64,000 nt of DNA, taken from IMG/VR virus record IMGVR_UViG_3300038393_002515; one strand, 5' to 3'. Below, one piece after another: positions 8,711 through 16,895 of the stretch (position 1 is its first letter; each line of letters opens with the position of its first letter). Origin of the DNA: a virus. The notes below the pieces were generated by a model, which was given only the letters and a program-made list of their open reading frames with translations, had not been told where the DNA came from and searched no databases. The translations under genes and the position numbers were made by a program.

Positions 8711-9283
8711 TTACAGGCCCAGCATGAAAACGGGTCCGGCAACGACGGCGCCGAGGATGGCACCGGCGATCGTCTGGGGGACGGTGTGGTCCTTGAGGTG
8801 CTGCCGAGACCAGGCCACGAGCGGGATGAGCGCGGCGGAGAGAATCCACCAGGGGCCGTAGAGCAGGCCGAGCATGGCGAGTGCGCCCGACAGGACGGAC
8901 GTGTGGAAGCTGATCTTGGTGTACTTCGTGATGGGCCACAGAAGGGCGACGGTGGCCAGCATGGCGCCGACCATGGACAGGACCGGCTTCGGGGCCCCGC
9001 CGACGACCATGAGCGTCAGGCAGGTCAGGACGGACAGGACGATGACCGGGATGACGACCATCCGGCGGGACCGCTCGGGGACGTGCCGGTCGGCGAAGGT
9101 CTTCTTCTCGCCGGTGAGGACGATGAACATGATCGGTATGACGGCGCAGAAGACTATGGCCACCGCACCCCAGCCGAGGCCGGACCAGCCGTAGTTCACG
9201 CCGACGAGCATGCACAGGACGAAGATGACGTTCTTGGGGTCGACGAAGTCGGTCAGGGCTCGTGCGGCCTGGGTGCGGGTCAC
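8711..9283 (-). CDS. Integral membrane protein, PAP2-phosphatase-like
   Basis: About 6 hydrophobic helices. C-terminal half carries SFHTSV ... SRQHLKDH, resembling PAP2 motifs C2 (PSGH) and C3 (SRxxxxxHxxxD). GTGA overlap with the upstream gene. Confidence 0.6.
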   Translation of the reverse strand: MTRTQAARALTDFVDPKNVIFVLCMLVGVNYGWSGLGWGAVAIVFCAVIPIMFIVLTGEKKTFADRHVPERSRRMVVIPVIVLSVLTCLTLMVVGGAPKPVLSMVGAMLATVALLWPITKYTKISFHTSVLSGALAMLGLLYGPWWILSAALIPLVAWSRQHLKDHTVPQTIAGAILGAVVAGPVFMLGL

Positions 9284-10548
9284 GCGTGCACTCCGGTGGA
9301 AAGTCTGCGGTACATGAGCCCCAGCTGAGTCGTGTCGCGGATGGACCGGCCGACGGGGAGGAGCGTGTTCGTGGCGATGAAGGGGTCGGTGGTGCCGGTG
9401 AGAGTCGCCAGCGGCTGGATGGCCACCGGTTCGCCGTCGAACGGCTTCTCTCCGTTCCGCTTAAGCCGCATCGCTTCGCGGAGCAGGTAGGCGGCCACCG
9501 CGTGCTCCGGGAGCTTCAGCGCCCGGCCCGCAGCCCCGGCGCGGCTGTGGAGGTCCGGCGGCACGTAGTAGGCGAGGTTGAGGGCGGCATCGAGAATCTC
9601 GTTGACCCTCCTGCGAAGCCGGGTGTCCAGGTCTCGCCAGTCCCAGTACTCGCGCAGGTGGCTGGTCCGCTTGGGCCGCCGGTGTGCCGGGCAGTCGTAG
9701 ATGGCGGTGGGTACCGCGTCGGTGAGGACGGCCCACAGCGGGCGCAGGTCGTTGATGGCTCCGTGGGCCTTCACTATCTCGTTCAGACGCTCCCACTTCG
9801 GGGCCGCGCCTCCGACGACGACGAGGAGGATGCAGGTGACGAGGCAGAAGTTCGAGGTGAAGTCGACGAAGTGGTCGCCGCCGAGGAACGGTTTGTCGCA
9901 CAGGCGGGTGATCAGGTACCCGGAGCGGAGGATCCCGTACGCCGAGCCGATCGAGCAGCCGAGGGCGACGACCTGCATGCCGTACTTGAAGGGGCCCGGG
10001 GCGGCGGCGCGGGCGGCGTCGAGGCACATCAGGGTCGCGCAGATCAGGCCGAAGACGAGGTAGGCGTAGAAGAGCAGGAGGTGGAGGCTGCCCCAGAGGT
10101 GGCCTGCCTGGACGAAGATGAAGTCGGCGTCGTCCTGGTTTCCCGTCCGTCGCTGGGCGAGGGGGAAGATGGCGGTGATGACGGCGATGGCGGCCCAGGT
10201 GATGATGCGTCGGGGGTTGCTGCTGATGAGCTGCCGGTAGGTGGGCTCCCGGCGGCCGTCCAACCGGCCGGGGACGACATCGGTCACCCAGTGCAGAAGG
10301 AGGGCAACGGCGGCGATCCCCGTGAGGTGCTTGGCGAGGGTGGCGATGTCGTCCACGCCGGTGAGGTGGTAGAGGAAGTCCCCGACCGCCTGGATCTTGG
10401 TGACCATCGAGATGTCGAGGGCCAGGAAGACCATAAAGAGGGTCCGGGAGCGGGGGTTGCGGTAGGCGGCGGGTCCCCTGCGGATGACTTCCTCAGTGAG
10501 GAGGACGACGACGATCCAGGCGGGAAGATCGGAAGGTGTGGCGGGCAC
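9280..10548 (-). CDS. Multi-pass membrane protein with a soluble C-terminal domain (MAB_1171c-like putative transporter architecture)
   Basis: 422 aa. The N-terminal ~250 aa has about 7-8 hydrophobic helices and the C-terminal part is soluble. Lies directly downstream of an XRE + HExxH-protease pair, as known for that actinobacterial family. Family assignment is from memory, not a search. Confidence 0.6.
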   Translation of the reverse strand: MPATPSDLPAWIVVVLLTEEVIRRGPAAYRNPRSRTLFMVFLALDISMVTKIQAVGDFLYHLTGVDDIATLAKHLTGIAAVALLLHWVTDVVPGRLDGRREPTYRQLISSNPRRIITWAAIAVITAIFPLAQRRTGNQDDADFIFVQAGHLWGSLHLLLFYAYLVFGLICATLMCLDAARAAAPGPFKYGMQVVALGCSIGSAYGILRSGYLITRLCDKPFLGGDHFVDFTSNFCLVTCILLVVVGGAAPKWERLNEIVKAHGAINDLRPLWAVLTDAVPTAIYDCPAHRRPKRTSHLREYWDWRDLDTRLRRRVNEILDAALNLAYYVPPDLHSRAGAAGRALKLPEHAVAAYLLREAMRLKRNGEKPFDGEPVAIQPLATLTGTTDPFIATNTLLPVGRSIRDTTQLGLMYRRLSTGVHA

Positions 10549-10561
10549 CGGTTCTCATCTC

Positions 10562-11173
10562 TCAGGTGTCGAGACTTGCTCTCATGTTGTTTTCGAGGAG
10601 GGTTGCCCCACGGGGGGCGTGCTTGGCCATCCAGGTCTCGGCGTAGTACCCGAAGTCCTCGGCTTTGCGTTCGCGGTCCTCGTTGCTGGTGCCGTCGGCG
10701 CGGCACTGGACGCCAGCGGCCGCGAGGGAGTCTGACAGGAGGGCCGCCGATCCGCTGCACACCCCCCTCAGGAGGCGGAGGACGGCGGCGAGGTCGAGCC
10801 GGTTGGGCTCGTCTCCGTTGACCATGTGACCAAGCTCGTGACCGAGGACGTGGTGGTACTGCACAGGCGGGATCGTGGGGTGGGCCCACACCAGGTCGGC
10901 GTCCGGGGTGGGGTACCACATGCCGCTCGGCCCGTTCGGTGAGGTCATCCGGGAGTCGCGGCTCAGGATGAGCTTGCGGCCGCGTACCTGCTCTACATAA
11001 GCGCGCAGCAGGTCCTCAACGGTCCAGGGAGACGTGGGAAGCGCCAGTCCCGTCAGCGCCTGCCCCCAGGTCCCCTTCAGGCCGCTCCGGTTCCGCATCA
11101 GTCCCATCCAAGCCCCCAGTTGATCACTAAGGCCGCCATTTACGCCACTCAGCGTAAGGCAAGGGGCTGACAA
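10562..11173 (-). CDS. ImmA/IrrE-like zinc metalloprotease (HExxH)
   Basis: HHVLGHELGHMVNGDE motif. Sits 5 nt downstream of the XRE gene. Start is uncertain: TTG 11173 or the internal ATG at 11107. Confidence 0.7.
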   Translation of the reverse strand: MSAPCLTLSGVNGGLSDQLGAWMGLMRNRSGLKGTWGQALTGLALPTSPWTVEDLLRAYVEQVRGRKLILSRDSRMTSPNGPSGMWYPTPDADLVWAHPTIPPVQYHHVLGHELGHMVNGDEPNRLDLAAVLRLLRGVCSGSAALLSDSLAAAGVQCRADGTSNEDRERKAEDFGYYAETWMAKHAPRGATLLENNMRASLDT

Positions 11174-11178
11174 TGGCC

Positions 11179-11754
11179 CTACCCGGTCTGGTCCTCCTGG
11201 GCCCCCTGTAGGCCGAGCAGCGCGAGACGCAGGATGGCTCTTGCCTGCCCGGAGTCCGCCCCGTCGAGCCCTCGGAAGAGGGCGCCCATCAACGCCGTGC
11301 CCTGGGTACTCTCATCGCTACCCTCCGTAGTGCTGTCGAGCTTCTGGATGGCCTTGGCCGCTTGCACGCCGAGCTCGATGAGTTCCACTTCGCGCTCGAT
11401 CTGTCTGGTTCTCTCCGTGGCGTCGGTGCCGACGCGCCAGTAGTCCGTCTCGACCCCGAAGAACAGACTGAGCGCCTCGATGATGCTGAACGGCGGGTTC
11501 GTCCGCTTGCCGTCCTTCAGGTCGCTCAGGTACTGGCGGTTGACGGCGTCGGACTCTGCTCGAATCATCTCGCACGCCTGTGCGATTTCCTCCATACTGG
11601 CACCGGCGTCCTGGAGCTCCTGGGTCACCCGCGAAATCTTCTTGTCGCGGTACAACCCTGAGGCCCTCGCGGCGATCTCACTCAACGGGTACGTCTGCCC
11701 GTCCGGTCCGCGCTTGAGGTCACGCAACTTGCGGAACTTCTCACCGAGCGGCAT
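11179..11754 (-). CDS. XRE-family helix-turn-helix regulator (candidate prophage repressor, ImmR-like)
   Basis: N-terminal HTH (KFRKLRDLK...YPLSEIAARASG...ISRVTQ) and a second HTH-like segment (NRQYLSDLKDGKRTNPPFSIIEALSLFFGV). Strong SD GGAGGGGGGAGG before ATG 11754. Divergent from the + strand genes. Confidence 0.75.
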   Translation of the reverse strand: MPLGEKFRKLRDLKRGPDGQTYPLSEIAARASGLYRDKKISRVTQELQDAGASMEEIAQACEMIRAESDAVNRQYLSDLKDGKRTNPPFSIIEALSLFFGVETDYWRVGTDATERTRQIEREVELIELGVQAAKAIQKLDSTTEGSDESTQGTALMGALFRGLDGADSGQARAILRLALLGLQGAQEDQTG

Positions 11755-11870
11755 GGCCTCCCCCCTCCGTGTGTCTAGTTGAAAAAAGTCGGCCCATGGA
11801 GGCGATCCTAGCGCCGCCGTAAGGATTCATGACACCGGGAACCCGGAAACGAGCTGAAGCGTCAGAAAAG

Positions 11871-11901
11871 TTGACACCAGCACCACTTGGCGTCATACGA
11901 T
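11871..11901 (+). promoter_or_regulatory. Possible sigma70(HrdB)-type promoter in the divergent control region
   Basis: TTGACA 11871-11876, then a 19-nt spacer, then TACGAT 11896-11901. The spacer is longer than optimal, so this is tentative. Confidence 0.25.
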
Positions 11902-11992
11902 CAGCTCAACAAACTGACAGACCGCGAACTGACGGGGGTGACGGGGCATGGGCGCAGCGCCGACAACCGCACCGATCCCCTTCTCGTGGATC

Positions 11993-12027
11993 CTGTCCGG
12001 GCGCACCTGTACGTCGGCAAGGGGCGA
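11993..12027 (+). promoter_or_regulatory. Bipartite late-gene element copy 4 (CTGTC-N23-GGGGCGA)
   Basis: CTGTC 11993-11997 and GGGGCGA 12021-12027. Next start is GTG 12053, after SD GAGGAG. Confidence 0.55.
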
Positions 12028-12052
12028 AGAGTCCCCGGCCCGAGGAGACAAG

Positions 12053-12358
12053 GTGCTCACGCCCCCAGCCATCATCCGGACGATCGTCCCCTCGATCGTC
12101 GGCTTCATCCTGGCGTTCCTCGCCTCGCACAACATCCATGTCAGTGCCGAGGTCGAGACGTACCTGACCGGCCTGCTGACCGTGGGTCTCGGCGGCGTCT
12201 ACTACGTCGTCGCCTCTGCTCTGCAGTCGCGCTGGCCGCTCGCGGGCCTGCTCCTCGGCTCCACCGCTCGGCCGACCTACACGGGACGGCACCGCCTGAC
12301 CAGCGCCACCGATCCGACGACCGCCACGTCGGATCCCACTCCGGAAGACCGGCCGTAG
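12053..12358 (+). CDS. Small two-helix membrane protein (holin-like topology)
   Basis: VLTPPAIIRTIVPSIVGFILAFLAS ... LTGLLTVGLGGVYYVVASAL: two hydrophobic helices and a polar tail. SD GAGGAG lies 5 nt before GTG 12053; the listed ATG 11948 extension looks non-coding. Confidence 0.6.
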   Translation: MLTPPAIIRTIVPSIVGFILAFLASHNIHVSAEVETYLTGLLTVGLGGVYYVVASALQSRWPLAGLLLGSTARPTYTGRHRLTSATDPTTATSDPTPEDRP

Positions 12359-12390
12359 ACCGCCATCTACCGCTGACGAAGACCGGAGCC

Positions 12391-12437
12391 GAGCCCCGGC
12401 CGACCCACTTCCTCGCCAGGAAGGTCGGCCGGGGCTC
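12391..12437 (+). terminator. Strong terminator-like hairpin
   Basis: GAGCCCCGGCCGACC (12391-12405) / GGTCGGCCGGGGCTC (12423-12437): 15-bp perfect stem, followed by TCTCTGTATTG. Confidence 0.7.
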
Positions 12438-12494
12438 TCTGTATTGCCGGTCTGCGGGCGTCACGTTCTTCAACGACGCTTCGGGTGAACGGTA

Positions 12495-12525
12495 GCGACA
12501 AACTCTTAATAAGTCTATTTGTCGC
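12495..12525. repeat. AT-rich inverted repeat in a 400-bp non-coding gap
   Basis: GCGACAAA (12495-12502) / TTTGTCGC (12518-12525) around the loop CTCTTAATAAGTCTA. This is one of the most A+T-rich spots I noticed in the window. Confidence 0.8.
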
Positions 12526-12686
12526 CAAAGCGAGGTTCACGCCTCCGCTTCGGCAACAAACCGGTCGCCCAACCTGAATTGTGCCTCAACCCTTGGCCAC
12601 AGGTTCCCCCTTCACGAGGCCTATACAACTCCGTATCGAACCCGTTGCCGCCAACGCCCTCCTGCCCGCCCAGCGCACGAGACCTC

Positions 12687-12721
12687 CTGTTCGTCACACC
12701 CCCTCCGCCCCCAAGGAGCGA
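12687..12721 (+). promoter_or_regulatory. Bipartite late-gene element copy 5 (CTGTT-N23-GGAGCGA, degenerate)
   Basis: CCCTCCGC 12701-12708 can pair with GCGAGGG 12718-12724 (one bulge). Next start is GTG 12762. Confidence 0.45.
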
Positions 12722-12761
12722 GGGCGCACCATGCGCCGCCGCCCGCACAGGAGGACCCGGT

Positions 12762-15700
12762 GTGCTGAAGTTCGCCACGGCCCAGATCATCGCCGCGTCG
12801 CTCGGCGACCAACAGCGCATCACCAGGGCGGCCCACCGCGCGGTCTTCCAGTACGAAGCGCGCCCCGGCTTCTTGTACGTACGCAGCAGGGCCATCAGTT
12901 CACGCTGCAACGACAACTTCGACGAGTTCCCCGCCGAAGAGATCGAAAAGTCGTACAAGACCTTCGTCGGCAAGCCGGTCTTCGTGAACCACGTCAACGA
13001 CAACCACCGGCGCGCCCGGGGCGTCATCATCGACGCCGCCCTCCACCGAGACCGCAACCCCGACGGCACGCCGGACACATGGGCCGAAGTCCTCATGGAA
13101 ATCGACGCCGTCCGGTTCCCGAAGCTGGCCAAGGCGATCCTCGCCGGACACATCGACCGGACCTCCATGGGCTGCGACGTCGAGCGCTCCGTGTGCTCCG
13201 CCTGCGGCAACGAGGCCCGCACGCCCACCGAGTACTGCTCCCACATCCCGCACCTGAAGGGCAAGCGCATCTTCCGCGCCACCGCCAGCGGGAAGAAGGT
13301 CGGCGAGCTCGTCCGCGAGACCTGCTTCGGCCTCCGGTTCTTCGAGAACAGCGTGCTCGTCGAGCCCCCGGCGGACCCGACTGCTCATTTCCTCGGCGTG
13401 GACTCTTCCGGCCTCGGCAAGGCCGCCTCGAAGAGCGCCGCGATCGACTACTCCGCCTTCGAGGACAACGACGACCTGGAGGCGGACGACGACGGCGAGG
13501 ACACCGCGCCTCAGCCGAAGCCCGCCTACCCGGCCTCGCACGCCAAGTCGCCGGTGCCGCATGTCCCGTTCGAGGGCACCACGCACGACCACCAGCGCCG
13601 CCAGGACGCGGTGCAGCACGCCCGGCCCTTCACGCCGCTCAAGCCGAGCCTCAACGGCCTGCAGGCGACGGCGGCCGCGAAGAAGCCCGCGCCCAAGGCG
13701 GCCGAGCCCGAGGTGGACGAGTACGGCACCCCGAAGCCGAAGCGAGGCCAGCCGTACGAGCCTGCGGGAGACCACCCCTGGTACAAGCAGGTCCCGCTGC
13801 ACCACTCCAACATCGTCGACCACTGGGACAAGGCCACCGACGAGGAGAAGGACTCGGGCATGCGCTGGTACAGCGACGCCCACCACGTCGCCAAGGCCAT
13901 CGCCCGCCTCGACCCGCGCATCAAGACCGACGAGGAGGCCGCCCACAAGGGCGCCGGTGTCCTGTCGGCCTACAGCCCGCGCACCAACTGGCCGCAGAAC
14001 ATGTTCAACGCGGCCCACTCCTTCCACCGCCAGGCCGCCGTCCGCCCTCTCAAGGACGACCCGGACAAGCCCGCCCACGTCACCACCATGGGTATGCACG
14101 CCGACAAGGCGCAGCGCATCATGGACGGCGAGCACCACCAGCCGGTCCTGAACTCGCCCAAGACGCAGGACTTCGCCCACCTCATCGAGCACGGCGGCTA
14201 CGAGCCGCAGACCGAGGAGGAGAAGAAGTCCGGTGCCGAACGGCGGCACAGCGGCCGCGTGGTCATCGACCGCCACGCGCTGTCCGTGGCGGCCGGGCGC
14301 CGGATCACCGACGTCGAGAACGACGCCCACCAGGGCTTCCCCGGCGCCTCCAGCGGCAAGCACGCACGGCACTACTACGAGCACGCCGCCAACACCTACC
14401 GCAACGCGGCCGCCGCCATCTCCGAGAAGGAGGGCAAGCCGGTCGCCGCGCACCAGGTGCAGGCGGTGACCTGGCTGGTGCGCCAACGGCTCAACACCGC
14501 CGAGGACCAGGCCAACGCGAACGCCAGCGCGAAGAACCTGGGCGCGGGCCGCAACAAGGCCGAGGAGAACATCAAGGGCCACTGGAAGGACTTCGCGGGC
14601 GAGCACACGCCGGAGCTGAAGGAAAAGGGCAACTCCCACGTGGCCAGGCTCATTGACGCCACGTACATCAACGACGACGGCACGATCCGCGCCATCGCGT
14701 ACGGGGAGATCAAGGCACCGGCCGACGTCGACACGCTCCGCGAGGAGAACTGCCCGGTCTGCGGCGACAAGGACACCTTCGACGGTATCCAGTGCCAGAT
14801 CTGCGGGTTCATCAACCCGCCCGAGCAGTTCCGTGACCCCGACCTCGACAAGGCCAAGACCCTCGACCTGCGCAAGCAGATCGTCGACCCCAGCCTCGTC
14901 GACGACAACGGCGAGCTGCAGCGTGTCAACGACGACGGCACCGGCATGCCGCAGGAAGACGGCATGCCTGGCGACGAGGAACAGCAGCTGGGCCCCGACG
15001 GTCAGCCGCTCGACGAGGACGGCCCGCAGATGGTCGACCCCGAGCAGCTCGACGAGAACGGCCTGCCGCCCTCCCCGTGGGGCGACCAGACCCTCGACGG
15101 CACGATGCAGGGTGCCCCGACCTTCTCCGACCGCAACGGCGACGGCATGATCCAGCCGGACGAGATCGACCCCGACGGCAACGTCAACGTCCAGCAGAAC
15201 ATGATGGTCGACCCCGAGCAGGGCGGCCAGGCAGGCCCGCGCGAGCTGCCCGGCCGCGCCAGGGACCGCACGGGCGACCCGTTCACCCCCGGCCCCGACA
15301 TGCCCCGCCTCCAGGGCCCCGAAGGACCGGAAGACGGACTGGACGACGAAGACACCTTCCAGGCCGGTCCCGGCATGGGAGCTCCGCAGGAGCCGATCCT
15401 GGCGCACCCCGGCGACTACACCGGCGACGAGAGCGAGACGCCGCACTGGTCCTGGAACAGGGACGTGGACGAGGAACCCCAGGCGCCCAACGAGGACGAG
15501 GACCCGCAAGACCCGCGTCGCCGACGCCTTGGGATGTCGGCGGCCCCGCGCACCCCGAAGGACGGACAGCCGAACGACGGCGCGCCCGACCTGAGCTGCC
15601 CCCACTGCGGATTCGGAGCGGACGCCACCGCCCCGCAGACCCAGGACATGGGCAACCCGCAAGGCGCGACCGACGGCATCGTCGCCGGAGACGTCTGCCC

Positions 15701-15794
15701 GAACTGCCGCAAGGCCCAGCTGCTCACCCCCGCCGAGCTGCAGGGCGAGTCTTCCGTCCCTCCGCCTGCTGTCCCGCAGCTGTCCCGGAGCTGA
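12762..15794 (+). CDS. Giant head-module fusion protein: N-terminal prohead-protease-like domain, central helical domain, Asp/Glu/Pro/Gly-rich tract, two zinc ribbons
   Basis: Start at GTG 12762, 7 nt after AGGAGG; the upstream part of the listed ORF is low-complexity and non-coding-like. N-terminal region FVGKPVFVNHVNDNHRRARGVIIDA...TSMGCDVERSVCSACG. CxxC pairs at nt 14751-14804 and 15598-15707. Sits directly upstream of the scaffold-like and capsid genes. The protease call is positional and motif-level only. Confidence 0.7.
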   Translation: MLKFATAQIIAASLGDQQRITRAAHRAVFQYEARPGFLYVRSRAISSRCNDNFDEFPAEEIEKSYKTFVGKPVFVNHVNDNHRRARGVIIDAALHRDRNPDGTPDTWAEVLMEIDAVRFPKLAKAILAGHIDRTSMGCDVERSVCSACGNEARTPTEYCSHIPHLKGKRIFRATASGKKVGELVRETCFGLRFFENSVLVEPPADPTAHFLGVDSSGLGKAASKSAAIDYSAFEDNDDLEADDDGEDTAPQPKPAYPASHAKSPVPHVPFEGTTHDHQRRQDAVQHARPFTPLKPSLNGLQATAAAKKPAPKAAEPEVDEYGTPKPKRGQPYEPAGDHPWYKQVPLHHSNIVDHWDKATDEEKDSGMRWYSDAHHVAKAIARLDPRIKTDEEAAHKGAGVLSAYSPRTNWPQNMFNAAHSFHRQAAVRPLKDDPDKPAHVTTMGMHADKAQRIMDGEHHQPVLNSPKTQDFAHLIEHGGYEPQTEEEKKSGAERRHSGRVVIDRHALSVAAGRRITDVENDAHQGFPGASSGKHARHYYEHAANTYRNAAAAISEKEGKPVAAHQVQAVTWLVRQRLNTAEDQANANASAKNLGAGRNKAEENIKGHWKDFAGEHTPELKEKGNSHVARLIDATYINDDGTIRAIAYGEIKAPADVDTLREENCPVCGDKDTFDGIQCQICGFINPPEQFRDPDLDKAKTLDLRKQIVDPSLVDDNGELQRVNDDGTGMPQEDGMPGDEEQQLGPDGQPLDEDGPQMVDPEQLDENGLPPSPWGDQTLDGTMQGAPTFSDRNGDGMIQPDEIDPDGNVNVQQNMMVDPEQGGQAGPRELPGRARDRTGDPFTPGPDMPRLQGPEGPEDGLDDEDTFQAGPGMGAPQEPILAHPGDYTGDESETPHWSWNRDVDEEPQAPNEDEDPQDPRRRRLGMSAAPRTPKDGQPNDGAPDLSCPHCGFGADATAPQTQDMGNPQGATDGIVAGDVCPNCRKAQLLTPAELQGESSVPPPAVPQLSRS

Positions 15795-15859
15795 AGCGGT
15801 GAAAACCCGCCCACGGCAAGTCGTCGTGAGCTGAAACAGGCTTTGAAGGAGTAACCAGT

Positions 15860-16729
15860 ATGAGCCGACCGCTCATGACCGCCGTGGCCGCCCAGCAGGC
15901 CGTCATCGACGAGCAGCGCCAGCAGCTGGCCGCCGCCCACCGGCGACTGGCCGTCCAGGGGCAGCAGATCGCGCTGATCGCCCGGCTGGCCGGTGTCACC
16001 GACGAGGTCGAAGCCCTCGCCAAGACCGCCGACATCGCCAACCCCGCCCAGCCCATCCCGGACGGACCGGAGCAGGCGCCCTCGGAGACCACCGAGCAGG
16101 CCGCCACCCCCGAGACCAACGACGACGTCCGCTCCCCGGGCCAGACCGGCAACTCCACCCAGGGCGTCCCGGCCGCCGCGACCGACACCGCCCTCACCCC
16201 CGGCGGCACCATCCCGGCCGAGCCCTACGGCAACCTGCAGGACGTCACCTCCCCGGTCTCCGGCGTCAACACCGGCGAGATCCCGCTGGACGAAACCCGC
16301 ATCGAATCCGACGTCCGCGTCGGCAACCCGGCCAACTGGGACGTCGCCTTCCCCTGGACCATGGGCGACAACAAGTCCAACAGCAACCCGGTGACCACCG
16401 GCGAGATGGCCGGGGCATCGCCGTCGCGTACCCACGCCTGCCTCCGCCTGGCACGCCTGCAGATCCAGGCCGGACTCACCCCCGGCGCCGACGACCTGCA
16501 GCTGGCCGCGAGCCTGGAAGCCGACACCAACCGCACCGACACGATGATCAACCACGAGATCGGCGTCCTCACCGGAGTCGTCAAGGCCGCGACCGCCCGG
16601 ACCGCGCCGTCGGGCGCCCGCGTCGCAACCCGCAGCGCGGAGCGCGTCGCCCCCTCCCTGGCGTCCCAGGCGACCGCCTCGGCGGCCCCGCTCGCGGGCG
16701 ACGACGGACTCTCCGACCTGTTCGAGTGA
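15860..16729 (+). CDS. Scaffolding-like protein
   Basis: SD GAAGGAG before ATG 15860. N-terminal coiled-coil (QQAVIDEQRQQLAAAHRRLAVQGQQIALI) followed by a long Pro/Thr/Gly-rich region. Lies between the protease-like and capsid genes. Confidence 0.6.
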   Translation: MSRPLMTAVAAQQAVIDEQRQQLAAAHRRLAVQGQQIALIARLAGVTDEVEALAKTADIANPAQPIPDGPEQAPSETTEQAATPETNDDVRSPGQTGNSTQGVPAAATDTALTPGGTIPAEPYGNLQDVTSPVSGVNTGEIPLDETRIESDVRVGNPANWDVAFPWTMGDNKSNSNPVTTGEMAGASPSRTHACLRLARLQIQAGLTPGADDLQLAASLEADTNRTDTMINHEIGVLTGVVKAATARTAPSGARVATRSAERVAPSLASQATASAAPLAGDDGLSDLFE

Positions 16730-16741
16730 GCCACTGAGCGC

Positions 16742-16771
16742 AGAGGGCCTGGCACTTACGCCAGGCCCTCT
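16742..16771 (+). terminator. Terminator-like hairpin
   Basis: AGAGGGCCTGGC (16742-16753) / GCCAGGCCCTCT (16760-16771): 12-bp perfect stem, 6-nt loop. Confidence 0.65.
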
Positions 16772-16804
16772 CGCATGTCCCCAGAAATTCCTTGCGGTTC
16801 GGCA

Positions 16805-16840
16805 CTGTCTCCCACCCCATTGCCAGCGCCTAGGGGGTGA
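16805..16840 (+). promoter_or_regulatory. Bipartite late-gene element copy 6 (CTGTC-N24-GGGGTGA)
   Basis: Follows hairpin 16742-16771. GGGGTGA 16834-16840. Next start is ATG 16896. Confidence 0.6.
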
Positions 16841-16895
16841 AGACGGCCTGCCGGTCCCTCGGCGGCCAGCCGAGACCCACTGGAGGGCGGAACAC

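Noticed and set aside
11935-11941. GGGGTGA in the divergent control region as a 19th element copy.
   Set aside because: It lacks a CTGT partner at the fixed distance (the nearest CTGAC is 16 nt upstream). It is kept only as a note in the control-region finding.
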